The position numbers and the translations under genes are program-made. Below the pieces are notes generated by a model. That model did no database searches. It was given only the letters and a program-made list of their open reading frames with translations, and had not been told where the DNA came from. DNA of 64,000 bases from the human T2T-CHM13v2.0 reference genome, Homo sapiens, in NCBI RefSeq assembly GCF_009914755.1, contig NC_060934.1, one strand, 5' to 3'. Positions within the stretch are counted from its first letter, which is position 1; every line of letters starts with the position of its first letter. Below, in pieces: positions 12,842 through 26,148 of this stretch.

Positions 12842-14651
12842 GGCTGGAAAAAAACTCAAAAGGTTGGGATATCCTAATATCACCAAGTAAGAAAGGTGGC
12901 CCTGAACATTTATGATACATTGAAAGCCCCCAATTCAAAATATCCTCCTAATCAGCCATCCTTGTTTCTCCTGAAGATGTAGTATCTGCACATAGGATTC
13001 TAAAAAGACATTATACATGCAAATATCATGGGTGACATATGACATACACATGTAGCCAAGGGTGACAGCTGGCATCTCTCTGTTCCTTAATATTTAAATA
13101 AAATTGGTTCAAAAGTATATGCTTTTCTGTTCTGAAGTTTCATATTTGCCCATTCTTTGTGATTTCCCAGGGACTTCCTTTATTATGTCACCCAGTTTCT
13201 GCTCTCTGCTTATATTGATGCTCCCCTCCTTTGGTGATTGTCTTAATCTCTCACCTGGAACCCAGGCCCTGTCCCTTGATTTCTGGAAAACACCATTCCT
13301 GCAGACATTTTGGATTTGCAGCTGCTTTTCCTGAAGAGGCTCAGCAGTGTTGCTTAGCAAACAACCTAAAACTGAACCACACATACCTCGTCCTTTTCTC
13401 AGCAGCCTTGGAACGCCCTTTCCCCTGCACCCACAACTGTGCCAATCCCTCTGAGCAGGACAATACCTCCTGCTGCTCCCTTCTCCCACTATCTCACCTG
13501 CTTCTCCTCTGCCCTGCATCAATCTCCTTCTCTCCCACCCACGCTTCCCCCTTAATTCCTCTAAGCATGAACATTTAGCTTTCTTTGATAAACCCCCAAC
13601 CCACTCAGACAATCCCCACGGGGCCTCCAATCATATCCATAAAGTCCCATTAAGGCTTGTTTTTAAACAAGCACAATTCTCTCCCTGAGTGGAATTCTGC
13701 TCCCAACATCCAAAATAACATTATTTCCCTCCCCCTTACACAGGCAGCTGAAGGAAACAAGACCCTCTTGAAGAGCTCGGGGACCTCCTTCTGTCCCCAG
13801 TCTCTTTTTCAGCTCTGTCCCAACACCTCTCTCCTGACAGCCTGCCTGCCCTTCTGCCCAGCTTCTCTCCATGTCGGCCTACAACAGCCTGGCTCCTTCC
13901 TGCAGGCCCTTCCTTCTTCCTGGAAGACCTGCCCTTTTCAGCTGTGAAATTCCCCTTCATCCTTCTAAACTCAACTCAAAAACTGCCTTATCTTGAGACT
14001 CCTCTCCCAATTCCCTGAACCCAAGAGGAATTAGACACTGCTGTCCCTGGGCTTTCTCAGACCTCTGTTTTCATGACAGGAGCAATTGCCCCTGTGGACA
14101 ACAACATGCTCATACCAGCACCTTCCCCTTCCCAACAAGGAAACTTTTCAGTAGAGGCCAGGTCTTTTCCATCCCTCTATCTTTGTCATGAGAGATGACA
14201 AGTAATTACTTCTCTGATAGTGTCACATAAACAGATGTATAAATGAAGAACAGGTGACATTTATTTAATCACTCCCACCACCATATGTCAAGCAGTATTC
14301 TAGGCACCTGATAATGTATTCAGTTGTTTGAGTACCTATGTGTACTTCCTTACCACAACACTACAAGGCAGGAGAGAGCATTAGGTGTTTTTTATACCTG
14401 TATCATGGGACTCATCAATGTTGAGTTTATATAGAATCATCCAGGTAGAAAGGGCTGGAGCTGAAACCTGAACCCAGCCTAGAATCCTAACAATTATAGT
14501 GGACTCTGAAAGAAATGAAATTTTTTAAGGTCAAGGGGAAGAAAATGAAGGGTTTCTTCATGAACAGTGGTTTTAGGTTCATACAAAAGACATTTACTAG
14601 GGAACCATATTGATACTGTGCTAGAATCAAAAGGCACAAAGACACCTGTAC

Positions 14652-14746
14652 CTTACTATATCTGTGACTATAGCTGTGACTACTATAGCTGTGACTTACT
14701 ATAGCTGTGACTGTTGTAGCTGTGACTTACTATAGCTGTGACTGTT
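14652..14746 (+). repeat. Minisatellite, six 12-17 bp units with core TAGCTGTGAC
   Basis: cttactatatctgtgac-tatagctgtgac-tactatagctgtgac-ttactatagctgtgac-tgttgtagctgtgac-ttactatagctgtgac. Confidence 0.95.
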
Positions 14747-14886
14747 AGGTGCTCCGGAGCCAAATAACTTTAGTGGGAATTCCTGACCTGTCTTTCAACT
14801 GAGGTAAGAAGCACCTGTCATAAATACTCAGGACTCCATAAAGTACAACCATTTTTAATCTCACTGCTGTGTAACATAATGTCAGG

Positions 14887-14887
<1 letters not shown>

Positions 14888-14918
<31 letters not shown>
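14888..14918. repeat. (CA)15 microsatellite
   Basis: Perfect AC run. Confidence 0.95.
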
Positions 14919-14920
<2 letters not shown>

Positions 14921-15504
14921 AATTACAGTCAGGCCTGGTAAATGCCACAGCTCTGTAGACTAATCTGAGGCCAATGGTTGTTACAGGAACTTGGGAACTT
15001 GAGGTATGCCTTGGCCATCCAGACAGGTCAGTAACCAGAGTGCTTTGGCCGTAGCCACAAAACAGAAGGATAAGCTCAGAATCATGATTGTGGGCCCCTG
15101 GCCCTGCTGAACTGGCCAGGTTGGGAGGAAGCTGACCCTTTCTCTAACACTTTAATGGCATGTGAATTATGTTCTCTTTGCCAAAAGAAGTGTTAGTCTC
15201 TTTGCTAAAATCACACTCTAAAGCTCTCATAAAAAAGATTCTAGTTCCATAAGCTAATATTGACATAAGGACAACGAGAAGCATATGCAAAGAGAGTTTA
15301 TTTGAACCCGTGGGAACAAATGTTTCCTGCTCTCACTCATTAGAAACATCAGCAGTAGCCAATGTGGAGTTCCTTTCATGTATGTACAAGGAGAACAGGA
15401 GCATGCAGATGAGAGCACACATGAAGACAAGGGAAAGGACACTACTCTGGATAAAGCTGATCATGTTTTTGAGCCTTTTCTAAATAGTACTGATAATATA
15501 TGAT

Positions 15505-15945
15505 TGTATTAGTTAGCTATTGCTGCATAACAAAGCACAGCAAAATTAATGACCTAAATAGCACTCATATAGAATTTCTCAGGCAACAAGAAGATGGCTG
15601 GGTCATCAGCTTGAACCCAGCTCATGCATCTGTGGTCAGCTGGCCAGTTGTCTGGGGTTTGCTCATCTACAGTGACCTCAGCTGGAATGACTGTTCTGCT
15701 CTGGGTGGTTTTTCATTTTCCAGCAGGTTAATCCAGGCTTGTTCTCATGGTCATGGTAAGAGTTCAAGAGAAAAGGTGGAAACATGCAAGGTCTTTTGAG
15801 GTGTGGAACTAACACACTGTCAGCTCTATCACTTTCTTTTTCCTAAAACAAGCCACCAGGCCAGTCCAGATTTCTGGGGCAGGGAAGTAAATGTCGTCTC
15901 CTGATGGGAGAAGCAGAGGTCACTTGGCAAAAAATTTTCTACCCT
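15505..15945 (-). mobile_element. MLT1H-like MaLR LTR
   Basis: tgtattagttagctattgctgcataacaaa...gctcatgcatctgtggtcagctg...ccaggcttgttctcatgg...ggccagtccagat...tgatgggagaagc. Confidence 0.8.
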
Positions 15946-15969
15946 GCTCAACAGTAACATGGTGAGAAA

Positions 15970-16125
15970 TTAACTAACATTTGTTGAATGTTGAAGACTC
16001 ACTATTACCTAGTTATTTTTTATCTCCACTTTTATGATGAGGGAACTAAAATTTAGGAAAGCAACTTGGCCAGGACCGGAAAGCTGGAAAGTAAAAGAGC
16101 TGAGGTTTGAAACAAGCCTGTGCCT
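15970..16125 (-). mobile_element. MIR
   Basis: atctccacttttatgatgagggaactaaa...gagctgaggtttgaaacaagcctg. Confidence 0.6.
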
Positions 16126-16283
16126 TTTCTGTTTCACCAAATAGGCCTGACAGCTCTCTGTGCTCTTTAATATTGATGTAAAGAAGCAGGCATGCTTGAC
16201 TTTGGGTGTTCACAAGGGATGTGTGACAGGAGGGAGGATTAGCCGAGACGCTGGGGAATAGGCAGTGTCCAGGCAAACAGGCT

Positions 16284-16620
16284 GGCACAATAGAAAGAAA
16301 AACGGCTTTGGAGTTAGACACTCCTGGGTCCAAACAGCTATAAATCTGTTTCCTCATTTGCAAGATGGTGATAGCAGCCCCCTTCTCACAAGACTGTGTG
16401 AAGAATAAATATGCTCTGAGCTACCTGGTTTCAGATGCAGGACCTATCACTGGCTGGGTGTTTGACCTCAGATAGGTCATTCTGCTTCCTTGAGCCTTGG
16501 TTTACTTATCTGTAGAATGGGCCTATCAAGGGTCCTTGTCTTATAGAGTTATTGTGAGGATTAAATGAATTCACTTCTGCAGAACATTTAGAATGCCTGA
16601 CATGTAGTGATATATAATAA
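16284..16620 (+). mobile_element. Two adjacent MIR fragments
   Basis: ggctttggagttagac...ctgtttcctcatttgcaagatgg; tgagccttggtttacttatctgtagaatggg...gttattgtgaggattaaatga. Confidence 0.75.
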
Positions 16621-17151
16621 TCAACATGCAAATATGCCTGTGCATTTACAGTGCCTTAGAGACAAAGGCAGTCATACAAGGCCAGTGTGCTGAACTCCAT
16701 CGACGATCCGACAAAGGATTTGCTATGGAGTGAGCACTTCATAAATTGCACCTCCGCATATAGGGGCTGAGGGGCCTGACAGAATCAGATCTAGAGACAA
16801 ACTCTGACTTCAGGTCCTGTTTGAGGAGTCAGTGCTTCTGTCCAACTCAGAGGGAAGCAATGGAAATGGGTTTCAAAGCCATTTTATGTGCAGGTACTCA
16901 GAGAGAACTTGCTCTTCCAGAGATAGAATTGTCATGCTTTTGGAAGGCACACAGCCCAGAGGGCTGTCATGTGTAGTTGAAAAGTAGGGAGATAAAAGCA
17001 TTATCAGGGAGAAAACTAGTCATTTTACAGTCACACATACATACACAAATATGCACACATACATACACACATATACACATATACATATGCACACTCACAT
17101 TTCTATCTGGATAGTTGATGGTATTTGAGTGGAAAATATACCAAAAGAAAT

Positions 17152-17537
17152 AAATAGGCTGAAGTGTATCCAACCCTCAAAATTCATGTGCCAAAATACT
17201 CATCCCCAATGTCTCAGAATGTGACCATATTTGGAAAGAAGGCTTTTAAAGAGGTAATTAATGGGAAAGTAAAACGAGGTCATATAGATGGGCCCTAATC
17301 TAATACGACTGGTGTCCTTAGAGGAAGAGGAGATGAGGACACAGACATACACAGAAGGAAGACCATGTGAAGACACAGGGAGAAGGTGGCCATCTTCAAG
17401 CCAACGAGAGATGCCTCAGGAGGAGCCAACCCTGCTGACACCCTGATCTCAGCCCTTCAGCCTCCAGGGGTACAAGAGAATGAATTTCTGCTGCTTCAGC
17501 CACTGTCTGTGGAACTTGGTTATGGGAGACTAATACA
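17152..17537 (+). mobile_element. MLT1B-like MaLR solo LTR
   Basis: ctcagaatgtgaccatatttggaaa...gggccctaatctaatacgactggtgtcctta...gaccatgtgaagacacagggagaagg...ccctgctgacaccctgatc...actaataca. Confidence 0.9.
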
Positions 17538-17633
17538 GTCAATAATTGGCCATTGACTTTATATAAAATGTCAATAAAAGAATGTGGGACTCCTAGACCT
17601 AGTTTGTTTTCCCCAGGCCAGGAGAGCTGTGAA

Positions 17634-17786
17634 TTATTATTTTTAATTGTTGCATAATAATTGCCCATATGTATGGGCATGTGTGATATTTTGTTACATG
17701 CATAGAACATGTCATGATCAAGTCAGGGTATTTAGAATATCCATCTCCTCAAGCATTTATCATTTCTGTGGAGCTGTGGACTCTTC
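17634..17786 (-). mobile_element. L1MA3/4-like 3' end fragment
   Basis: catgtgtgatattttgttacatgcatagaa...atgatcaagtcagggtattt...atccatctcctcaagcatttatcatttc. Confidence 0.75.
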
Positions 17787-18949
17787 ATGAAAAGTATGGA
17801 GGGGCTGGCCTGCAGAACCAGGGGCCAGGGTAGGGGGAGAGCTGGAGACACACTCCCATCCTTCTCCCCACACAAAGTCCTTTGGACACAACCATGCCGC
17901 TCTGGTTGAACCCTTATTTCTAGGACCCTCCCCAGTCTGTGTTCATGGTCAGCTTTGGCCTCAGCCCATGCCCTGGATTTTCCACTGTGGCATCCTGCTC
18001 CTCCCACACCTGCCTTCCCTCTCTCCTCCCGCGGGACTCACTCAAATCTGACTGAGAGACTACTGTGTGCCACCCCCTGCTGTCTCTGCATCTCCCTACT
18101 TTTGGGTCTGAAGAAGTGTGAGGACAGAGTATTATGTGCACACCCATAATGCCTGCCGAGTCTTCAGGGTCCCTTGGCTTGTAACTCACTTCACATGAAT
18201 ATGAACAAGTTGATATTTTTAAGGTTAATGACCCAGTTGCTTATGAGACAGGCAGGGTTTGAAATTAAGCAGCTCATATGAACCGGAAGCCTGTGAAACA
18301 ACCTTTATTATGCGGCTCGGCAGTATCTGAGAAAACTAATTCATCCTTTGGCACCGATACAACCATCCAAGACTCGTGTTCTCCAGCTAATTTACACTTT
18401 GGAAAAAAATTCCCCAAGTCTTCTCACTTCAGCAAGTGTCTCACGTTTTTTTTTTTAATTTAATTGTGTACATCAGGACTCAACTGGTTGCAGTTGCTGA
18501 AAGTAAGCTTAGCTTACTTACCTATAGGGCAATAGAAATAAATTGCCCTAAACAGAATGGGCGGCAGTGAACAATATTCAGCAACTATGCTGATTTACAA
18601 CACAGATAAAAATTGTCCTTTTTTCACCAGTCATAATTAAAATTGGCAGGTTTTCAATTATACTACAAGTAGCATATCGTCTATTTTCTCATTTCTTCTT
18701 AATTTTAAGAGGCTGTGATTTTTCCATCTTTTTGCACATCTCCTCACTCTTGTCAGTCCACTTTCCTGTCTGTAAGATGGGTCCTGAGCTAATGCAGCCA
18801 CCCCAAAAAGTGAAAATTAAAAATCCAAACTGAGTTCTGTCAAATACCAACTCTGTACAGGATTGGGCCTCGCCGGCTACCTGCTGTTTCCTAATGAAGA
18901 GGAGCATGCTGAATTTTACCTCCCTATTTGATGGTCTATTTTTTTCCTT

Positions 18950-19870
18950 TTAAAAATTGTTTTATTATTTAAAAATAACAATAATGCATAGTAGTTCTAC
19001 CATATTCTAAAATTCAGAGTTATAAAAATATTATTGAATCTTCTCCCCATCTCCTAATCCCACCTGAGTTAAACAGCATTTGCAGTGTCTATCCTTGCCT
19101 TTCTCTCTAATCATATGAAGATAGATGATAGATAGATAAATAGATAAATAATAGATAGATATGCACATAAAAGCCTTTTTCATTTTTAATTGTTTTACAG
19201 AAGTGTGATGATGCTATTCACATGACTGAACCCTTTGATTTTTGTAGTCAATGACTGCTAAATCCCTCTGACCCACAAACATGCACCTCATTTTTCCCTT
19301 TTAACTGTAGCATAAAATTTGATAGTAAGAATGTTCTGTGGCTTAATCAACCATTCCCCTCTGGTAGATATTTAGGTTGTTTTTTTTATCTCTGTGCTTT
19401 CTCTTTTGAATACTGCAAACATTACTGGATAAATGTTGTACTCATGTTTGTAATATCACCTTCCAAAAGGTCAACATATATAGATACTTTCAGCTGCACT
19501 CTGTACACTGATATTATTTTCCTTAAAAGTTACAGCAATTTACAGTTAATCAGCAATGTGTTCTTCATATCTTATTTCACTTAGCTATTATCTATCTAAA
19601 CAACATATCAAGAGTGGGAGTCCTTGACATATTCAGGAAAGTGACCTTTCGTGCTACATGCAATTTGGATTTTCAGCTACCTATGAATGCCTCGAAATTT
19701 TCTTTTCACTTAATTTCACTTTTGTTCTTTCACTTGCAAGAGACTTGATTAATACATCATATATTTTGCCATACATAGTATTTTTATTATAAGTTTTCTT
19801 CTCTAAAGTATGCCCTCATCCAAAAATTCTACAATTATTCTCCTAAATTTTCATTTAGGTTTTCATTTGT
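18950..19870 (-). mobile_element. Old L1 (L1MC/L1ME) 3' region with embedded (GATA)n at ~19120-19162
   Basis: ttaatcaaccattcccctctggtagatatttaggttgttt; aaaagttacagcaatttaca. Confidence 0.6.
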
Positions 19871-20032
19871 TGGGAAGTTTTTTTTTCCTCCATTGGCTTT
19901 AGATATAAGCACGCTAAAAGGTTAAGATTTTCTTGATAGCAGGGAGGCATTAGGAATGTTTACACATCTGTATCATCCTCAATGCCCTCTACTCAGTGTT
20001 TCACAAAAGAAGGGCTCAGGAGACATCTGTTT

Positions 20033-20180
20033 AAGAAAAGAAAGGAGAAAAGATTGAAAGAAGAAAGGAAGAAAAGGAAGAAAAAAATGGAAGGAAAGAA
20101 GGAAGAAGAAAAGAATGAAGGAAAAAGGGAAGGAAGGAAGGAAGGAAGGAAAGTTTCCCTAGAAAAGAAGGAAAAAAGAT
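20033..20180 (+). repeat. GA-rich polypurine tract with (GGAA)n, following a probable L2 3' end
   Basis: Nearly pure A/G for ~150 bp. Confidence 0.85.
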
Positions 20181-21359
20181 GAAAACATGTTTATAATCTT
20201 TTAGGAAAAAAACATTTTTCTATATTACCCAAGATGGTGATGTTAGTCCCTGGGTCTTTCATAACTCTTGTATTTGTTAAGATTTAAGATTTTCTCCTTT
20301 TTTCCTTGCTTTCTTCTATATTTTTTTCCTTTCTTTTCTTCAACAAGTATTCCTGAGTGGCCTCTACTGATGGTGACTATTCTTCTATATTCTCACTTCC
20401 CTCTTCAGAAGTTCTGGCATGCGGGTCACACATATTTGAGTTTAAAATCCTTGATCAATCACCTACAAGCTGGTTTTCCTTGGAAAAGTAGTCTGGCATC
20501 CCTGGGCTTGTTCCACCCACCTGTAAAATGTGGCTAATTGGCACCACCCTTACAGATCAGTCATGGGACTTCATTGGGATTACAGGGCAAAGGCCCTGAC
20601 CCAGGAGGTGCAATACAGATGGCCCTAGGCTGACTTTGTTCAATTAGTCCTGCCCCCAGATTTCCTTTGACTGCCCCATTCTAACACATTGGGAAAAAGA
20701 GGAAACACCGGGCCCTGGGGATGTTCTCGCACATCTCACCTCCTTTTCCCCTCTCCTCTCACACCTCATGTGTGTTGGAGCCCACAGCGTGCCAGGGACC
20801 AAGCTGCTTTCTTCTGTGTCATGGATTGCCACATAGGATTTGCCATCCCTTCATGTTTTCTGGGTCATAGAACTCCTTGAGAAATCGACGAATGCTTTAG
20901 ATCCTTTCCTCAGGAAAAAAATAAATATAAACGCCTCCATTACTATGTAATTTCTGTGTCACAGACACCCCATAGAGGATCCATCCTTAGACCTCAGTTA
21001 ACGGCCTGGATCTGGAAAGTGGTGGCTTCAAACAAATCCAGCCCCTGCATCCTCCAGAGATCACAGCTGACATAGAATGTATGTGTCTGCGGCAGGCAGC
21101 CATGTGTGCATCAGCCAGCAGCCTCCCCATCAGCACCCTACAGTGGAATTGTGGGGCTTCCCCCAACAACGTGAGTGGTAATGCCCATGGTGGGCTTGGC
21201 AGAGGTGACTGCCCATTCTCCATCAGCCAGGCCTGGACAGGGGTGGAGGGAGAAGGGAAGGTGCCCAGAGAGTTTCACATGTTTTTTCTCTCTTATGCTT
21301 ACTTGGCAGTTTGTCAGTTAGTAACGAAAAATGAAAAGTGGCTATCTTATTTAAGTGAC

Positions 21360-21520
21360 TATATTATTTAACCCCCATAACAGCCCTGAATGAGCTTGTT
21401 ATCATTCTTCCAGATTAGGGATGGAGGTGTCTGGGAGAGGATATGACTTGGTTGAGGTAACATCAATAGCAAGAGGTGGAAGGGATCATATCCATGCCCA
21501 AAGCCCGTGCTTTAATATTC
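21360..21520 (-). mobile_element. MIR
   Basis: atttaacccccataacagccctgaa...tgacttggttgaggtaaca...caaagcccgtgcttt. Confidence 0.6.
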
Positions 21521-21802
21521 CAGTGTGGTTTAGTCAAATCCAGACTGCTGCATGTTCTAGGACTCAACAATCTAATAAAATTAAGAAGCTAACCAAAGAG
21601 AAGAAAGGAGCCACCCACCCTCAGGAGCAGTTTTCTAAACATCTAGGGACATATCCAGAGGACCCAATATTAAGGCAACACAAAAGAGGCCTTACTGACC
21701 ACGAAGACTCTAGAGGCAAGGATCTAAATGAATGAAACTGAGTGTGACCTTGGGGAAAAGTCTCAATGAATCTCATTACAGACACAACGGTGCCTGTCCA
21801 AG

Positions 21803-22122
21803 TTCAATCAGACAAGTATTGGTGTGCGACTTCCCTCCCAGAGCCAGACCTGTGCTGGTGCTAGGGATAGAAGGATAAATAACACATGGTCCTGGTCTCC
21901 AAAGGGCTCACAGACTCACAAGAGGAAGATAAGTGCAATGCAAAGTAAGAAGGTGTCTGCAAGATGCTGCAGGGGGTAAAGAGAGAAAGTAATTGTGCTA
22001 AAGAGTGGTAAAAATCCCCTACAAGATGTTAATATGACAGCTGGGTATTTTCAAAAATGTAGCAGTTTGCCGTGCTTAGAAAAGAAAAAGGGAGATACAT
22101 TCCAGGCAAAGGAAAGATCATG
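21803..22122 (-). mobile_element. L2 3' fragment
   Basis: gccagacctgtgctggtgctagggatag...catggtcctggtctccaaagggctcacagact...cattccaggcaaaggaa. Confidence 0.7.
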
Positions 22123-22129
22123 AAAATGA

Positions 22130-22490
22130 ATAGCTTATGCATTAGTAACAACATGTCTAAAATGTCAGTGGCTTATCACAACAAAGATTTTCATCAGTTG
22201 TAGATCCACATCTTCAAGGAGAGTCTGGGATGGGGTTGGCAGCCTGGATGCTGCTCCACACCACGATTAAGGGACCTAGGCTGAGTGGATGACCTCCAAG
22301 GTCACAGGCCAGGAAGAGTCTGGACAAAGAGAAACAGCTGTTAATAACTCAGCCCAGAAGTGACACACTTTATTCTCACTCTTCTTCATTGGCTAGAGCT
22401 AGTCATTGAACCCCACCTAACTGCAAGGGCACTGGAAAATGTTTTCTTCCTAGAGAGCAGAGCCACAACCCAGTGAACACTGGCTGTGTC
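22130..22490 (-). mobile_element. MLT1J-like MaLR LTR
   Basis: gtaacaac..aaatgtcagtggctta..acaacaaaga; gcccagaagtgacacac; cattggctagagctagtca; ccacctaactgcaaggg. Confidence 0.75.
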
Positions 22491-22673
22491 TTATGAAGTT
22501 TTGGGAAAACGTGACTAGTGGGATTTGTTGGATCATGGTTATATGTTGTGTGCATACCAGGACAGTGTGTGCTTAATACATGTTTTAGAATCTTTTTTTG
22601 TCCATGCTTTCTGCAAACCAATTTACCCTGATAATTAGGGAAGGGTCATATATGTTTGTATAAGAAATGAGCA

Positions 22674-23040
<367 letters not shown>

Positions 23041-23759
23041 TCAAGAAAATATTTCAAGGAAATGACACGTGGAGAGGACATGCAGGACAAGTGATGAGAA
23101 TAATCTTGATCTGAAAAACCCTTGTTCTGAAGACAAGCTTGCTAAATGCTTGGAAACCTGGTTTCCAAACAGCACCTCTGACTGATGTCTGGAAATCATC
23201 CTACCCTCTCTGAATCTTGCAATAGGCTTCTCCAACTGACATCTTTCACTGCATCATGAGGCAGTAGCTCCTCTGAGTCACTTCCCAGCTGGGACTGGGT
23301 TTGCTCAGCCCAGCCACTCTGCCTCTCCCACCCCTCCTGCAGCACCACCATTACCCACTTTTTTTTTTTCTGGTTTCTGTAGAGCAGCCTGGTCCCTCAT
23401 AGACTCGAATTCTCTCACCACCAAGACACTGGGCTAAGCAAGCTCTCTCCTGGCCTGCAGCACCTTGGTATTCTCAGCCTCACACTTGAGGGCATTTTTA
23501 TTCTTTTCTTTGCAGTCATTTTGTCCTTTCACTGGAACTTATCTTCCCTGCTTCTCAAGTCAAGAGTGGTACCATAAGAAAACCATGCCTTGTTTCTGCC
23601 AGCCTCAGCTCTAAGCAACTCCCACCTGAACCGCTGCAAGAACCTCCCAACCATCCCCTCCACACCTAGGCATGCACTTTCTAATCTATTTTCTATACCT
23701 CAGCTACAACCAAAGCCACAGAACACAGCAGCTAAAGGTGCAGCCTTCAGAATCACCCC

Positions 23760-23950
23760 AAGTTCTAGCTATTTCGCTTCTTTCAGCCTTCCTATCTGCA
23801 AAGTAGGGATGATCATTAGATTTACCTTGTTCAATGGTTGTGATTGCTAAATGCAACAATGTGCAGGGTACTCAGCAAAGTTGCTACCACAGTGCAAGTG
23901 CTCCATATATTTTACCTATCATTATCATCATCTTCAACATCATTACCATT
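23760..23950 (+). mobile_element. MIR
   Basis: tcagccttcctatctgcaaagtagggatgat...ggttgtgattgctaaatg...agtgctccatatat; (ATC)n tail. Confidence 0.6.
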
Positions 23951-24517
23951 GCAGACCCCATGTGCTTAGAATTGGCCCAGCTTCTCCTGGCAACTGGACA
24001 GAGAACAGCATGAACCACCATGGCTTCTTGCACCACACTTCGAAAAAGGAAATATTATTGCTCCAAGATCCTGCCCACAAGACCCACACTGGCATGTCAG
24101 TGAGACTGTGATCATCATTGTGGGCACCATCATAGTTGCATAACAACAATTGGCCATTGGATTGCACAATATGGCACAGAGAGCCACCTCTAGGGAGTCT
24201 GAAACCCCATGTCCATGATTGAAGGTGATTTTGAGATATGGGAAGAGCAAGCAGGTATCAATGATGAAATCTAGGTGCTCAGAAACAGGGCAGGCAAAAC
24301 AATTGCATGAACCCACAAACCTCCACAGTGTCTGTAATGTGTAGTCCACTTTTGTGGCACTACATTTTATCTCAGAGATACAACTAATCTCAGTCTCTTT
24401 ATCTGCCAAGTTTCCTGAATCCTTCTTTCCAGGATGAATAAATTTCCTGGCAAAACAAGACCCAGGGGAAAGTTTTGAATCCATATAATAATATATCACT
24501 GCATTTGTCACGAACTC

Positions 24518-24870
24518 TTGATTCAACAGAACTGATTTTGTGCGCTTAGTCCTTGCCCTGGGGATAGAACATGAACAAGAGAGAAAGGGGCCTGCTCTCA
24601 TGGTCTTATCCTTTAGCAAGAGAGATAATAAACAGGTAAAGACATAAATAAATAATAGACCTTCGGAGGATGGTAAGATCTACAGATAAAAATATAACAG
24701 GGTAATGAGCCAGAGAAGGTTAGAGAAAGGGAGGATTGCTGGGAAGATGGAAGGGGCTGCATGTGGCCACTGGGAAGATGTAAACATTTGTAATCCAGGT
24801 CTGTTGTGCATGGAACAAGGACACACAAACAGGGTAGTATGGAGAAAGGACAAAGTGACATGTGCTGGCA
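24518..24870 (-). mobile_element. L2a-like 3' fragment
   Basis: attcaacaga...ctggggatagaacatgaacaaga...cctgctctcatgg...aaaatataacagggtaa. Confidence 0.7.
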
Positions 24871-25984
24871 CCAAGAAGGAGCTCCAGAAATGATGGGTGT
24901 TATGTTAGAATCTACTGGGTGTCATCAAGGGTGACCCAGGTACAGATCCTCTGGACTCGGGGGGGAAAAGAGCCAGACAATTAGACAAATTGGAGGCACC
25001 CCTTCCCAGGAGAAGGCCCTTTTGAGCAAGCTGCCAGTGACTGTCCCCTACATTCAGAGATGCTGCTGCCTGAGCTGCCAGGTTTCACATGCAAAGGGCT
25101 GGCTGGGAATCAAGAGGCCCTTCTTCTCACGTTAAAGCGTAGCAGTCTGTTCTGTTCTCCTGTCATGTCATAAATAAAGGAGCCTTGATCTCATAAAATG
25201 GGCATCTCTGGCTTTGTTGTAAGTGAAGTGCCTGAGGACAGATGATTGTAGCTGCACAGGATAACTGAACATAGAGGAATGCGACCACCTCAGTGTACCA
25301 GGGAGTGCTCTAGAGAGGAGTAGCCAGCAGCCTCCAGGGTGCTCCAGAAACCTACATGAAAACGACCAGGCCAGAACATCTGGTGAGGTCAGAGCTGAGT
25401 CCATGCACCTCAGAGCTTTTGTTCTTCCTGACTAATTGTGCTCCTGCTGGTGTCACAGATCAGAGAAGAGGTGCCAGGGACATGGGGTACAGGAAGCACA
25501 GGTTAACTAGAGCACATTCGCACACAAGCACAAGAAAAGCAATTAGGAAAGGCCAGCAGGCGATCCACCTGGCCTTCAGCCTCTTCTCTCGGTGCCTTCC
25601 CAGGGTCTGGGAAAGGTTTGCCTGTTTCCTGTGAACTGAATCACAGGCAGCTCTAAAGGCAGGGAGACCCCTGAAATGCCTGACTGAGATTCTGGGAGGA
25701 GATTCTTAAAAGTGAGTGTCAGCATTAATAGCTCAGTGTGATTCTCTTCTCAGGAAAATGTTCACAAATTTCATTTTGCTCTCAAAAGGACCGATGGCCC
25801 CCAAAAACCTTCAGAGACAGAGCTCTTACGACTTTACTGTGCCAGATGTCATCCCAAGTCCAGAAACCATGTCTCAGGGGAGGAATCTTTTTACTGAAGG
25901 GGCATGAAGAGGGGAAAGAACACTGGCCCTGGGTCCAGCATTGTATCAGCTGCTTCACATCCAGCATCTAATGCAGTTGCCCCA

Positions 25985-26148
25985 TCTAATGCTCAAGCTG
26001 TAATGCTACCTTAGTTTCTCCAATTAACAGATGAGAGGGCCAAAGCTCCAAGTAGTTGGGCAGGTTGCCCAGGATGGATGCATACGTAGAAGATAGAACA
26101 ACCCAGAGTGGTGTGATTCCAAACCATGCTTTCTCCATTGCATCACAG
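25985..26148 (-). mobile_element. MIR/MIR3
   Basis: ctccaattaacagatgagaggg...gattccaaaccatgctttctccattgcatcac. Confidence 0.55.

Noticed and set aside
13109-13630. 173-aa minus ORF
   Set aside because: G/R/E-rich translation of a pyrimidine-rich strand with a non-ATG start and no motif
14652-14746. CRISPR-like repeat-spacer look
   Set aside because: Units are 12-17 bp with no unique spacers and no cas genes, in eukaryotic context; it is a minisatellite
19982-20182. Lys/Glu/Arg-rich 66-aa ORF
   Set aside because: Translation of the GA-rich low-complexity tract
23966-24619. Longest ORF (217 aa, minus)
   Set aside because: Starts inside an L2 relic, has no recognisable domain, and lacks promoter or exon context; consistent with a chance ORF
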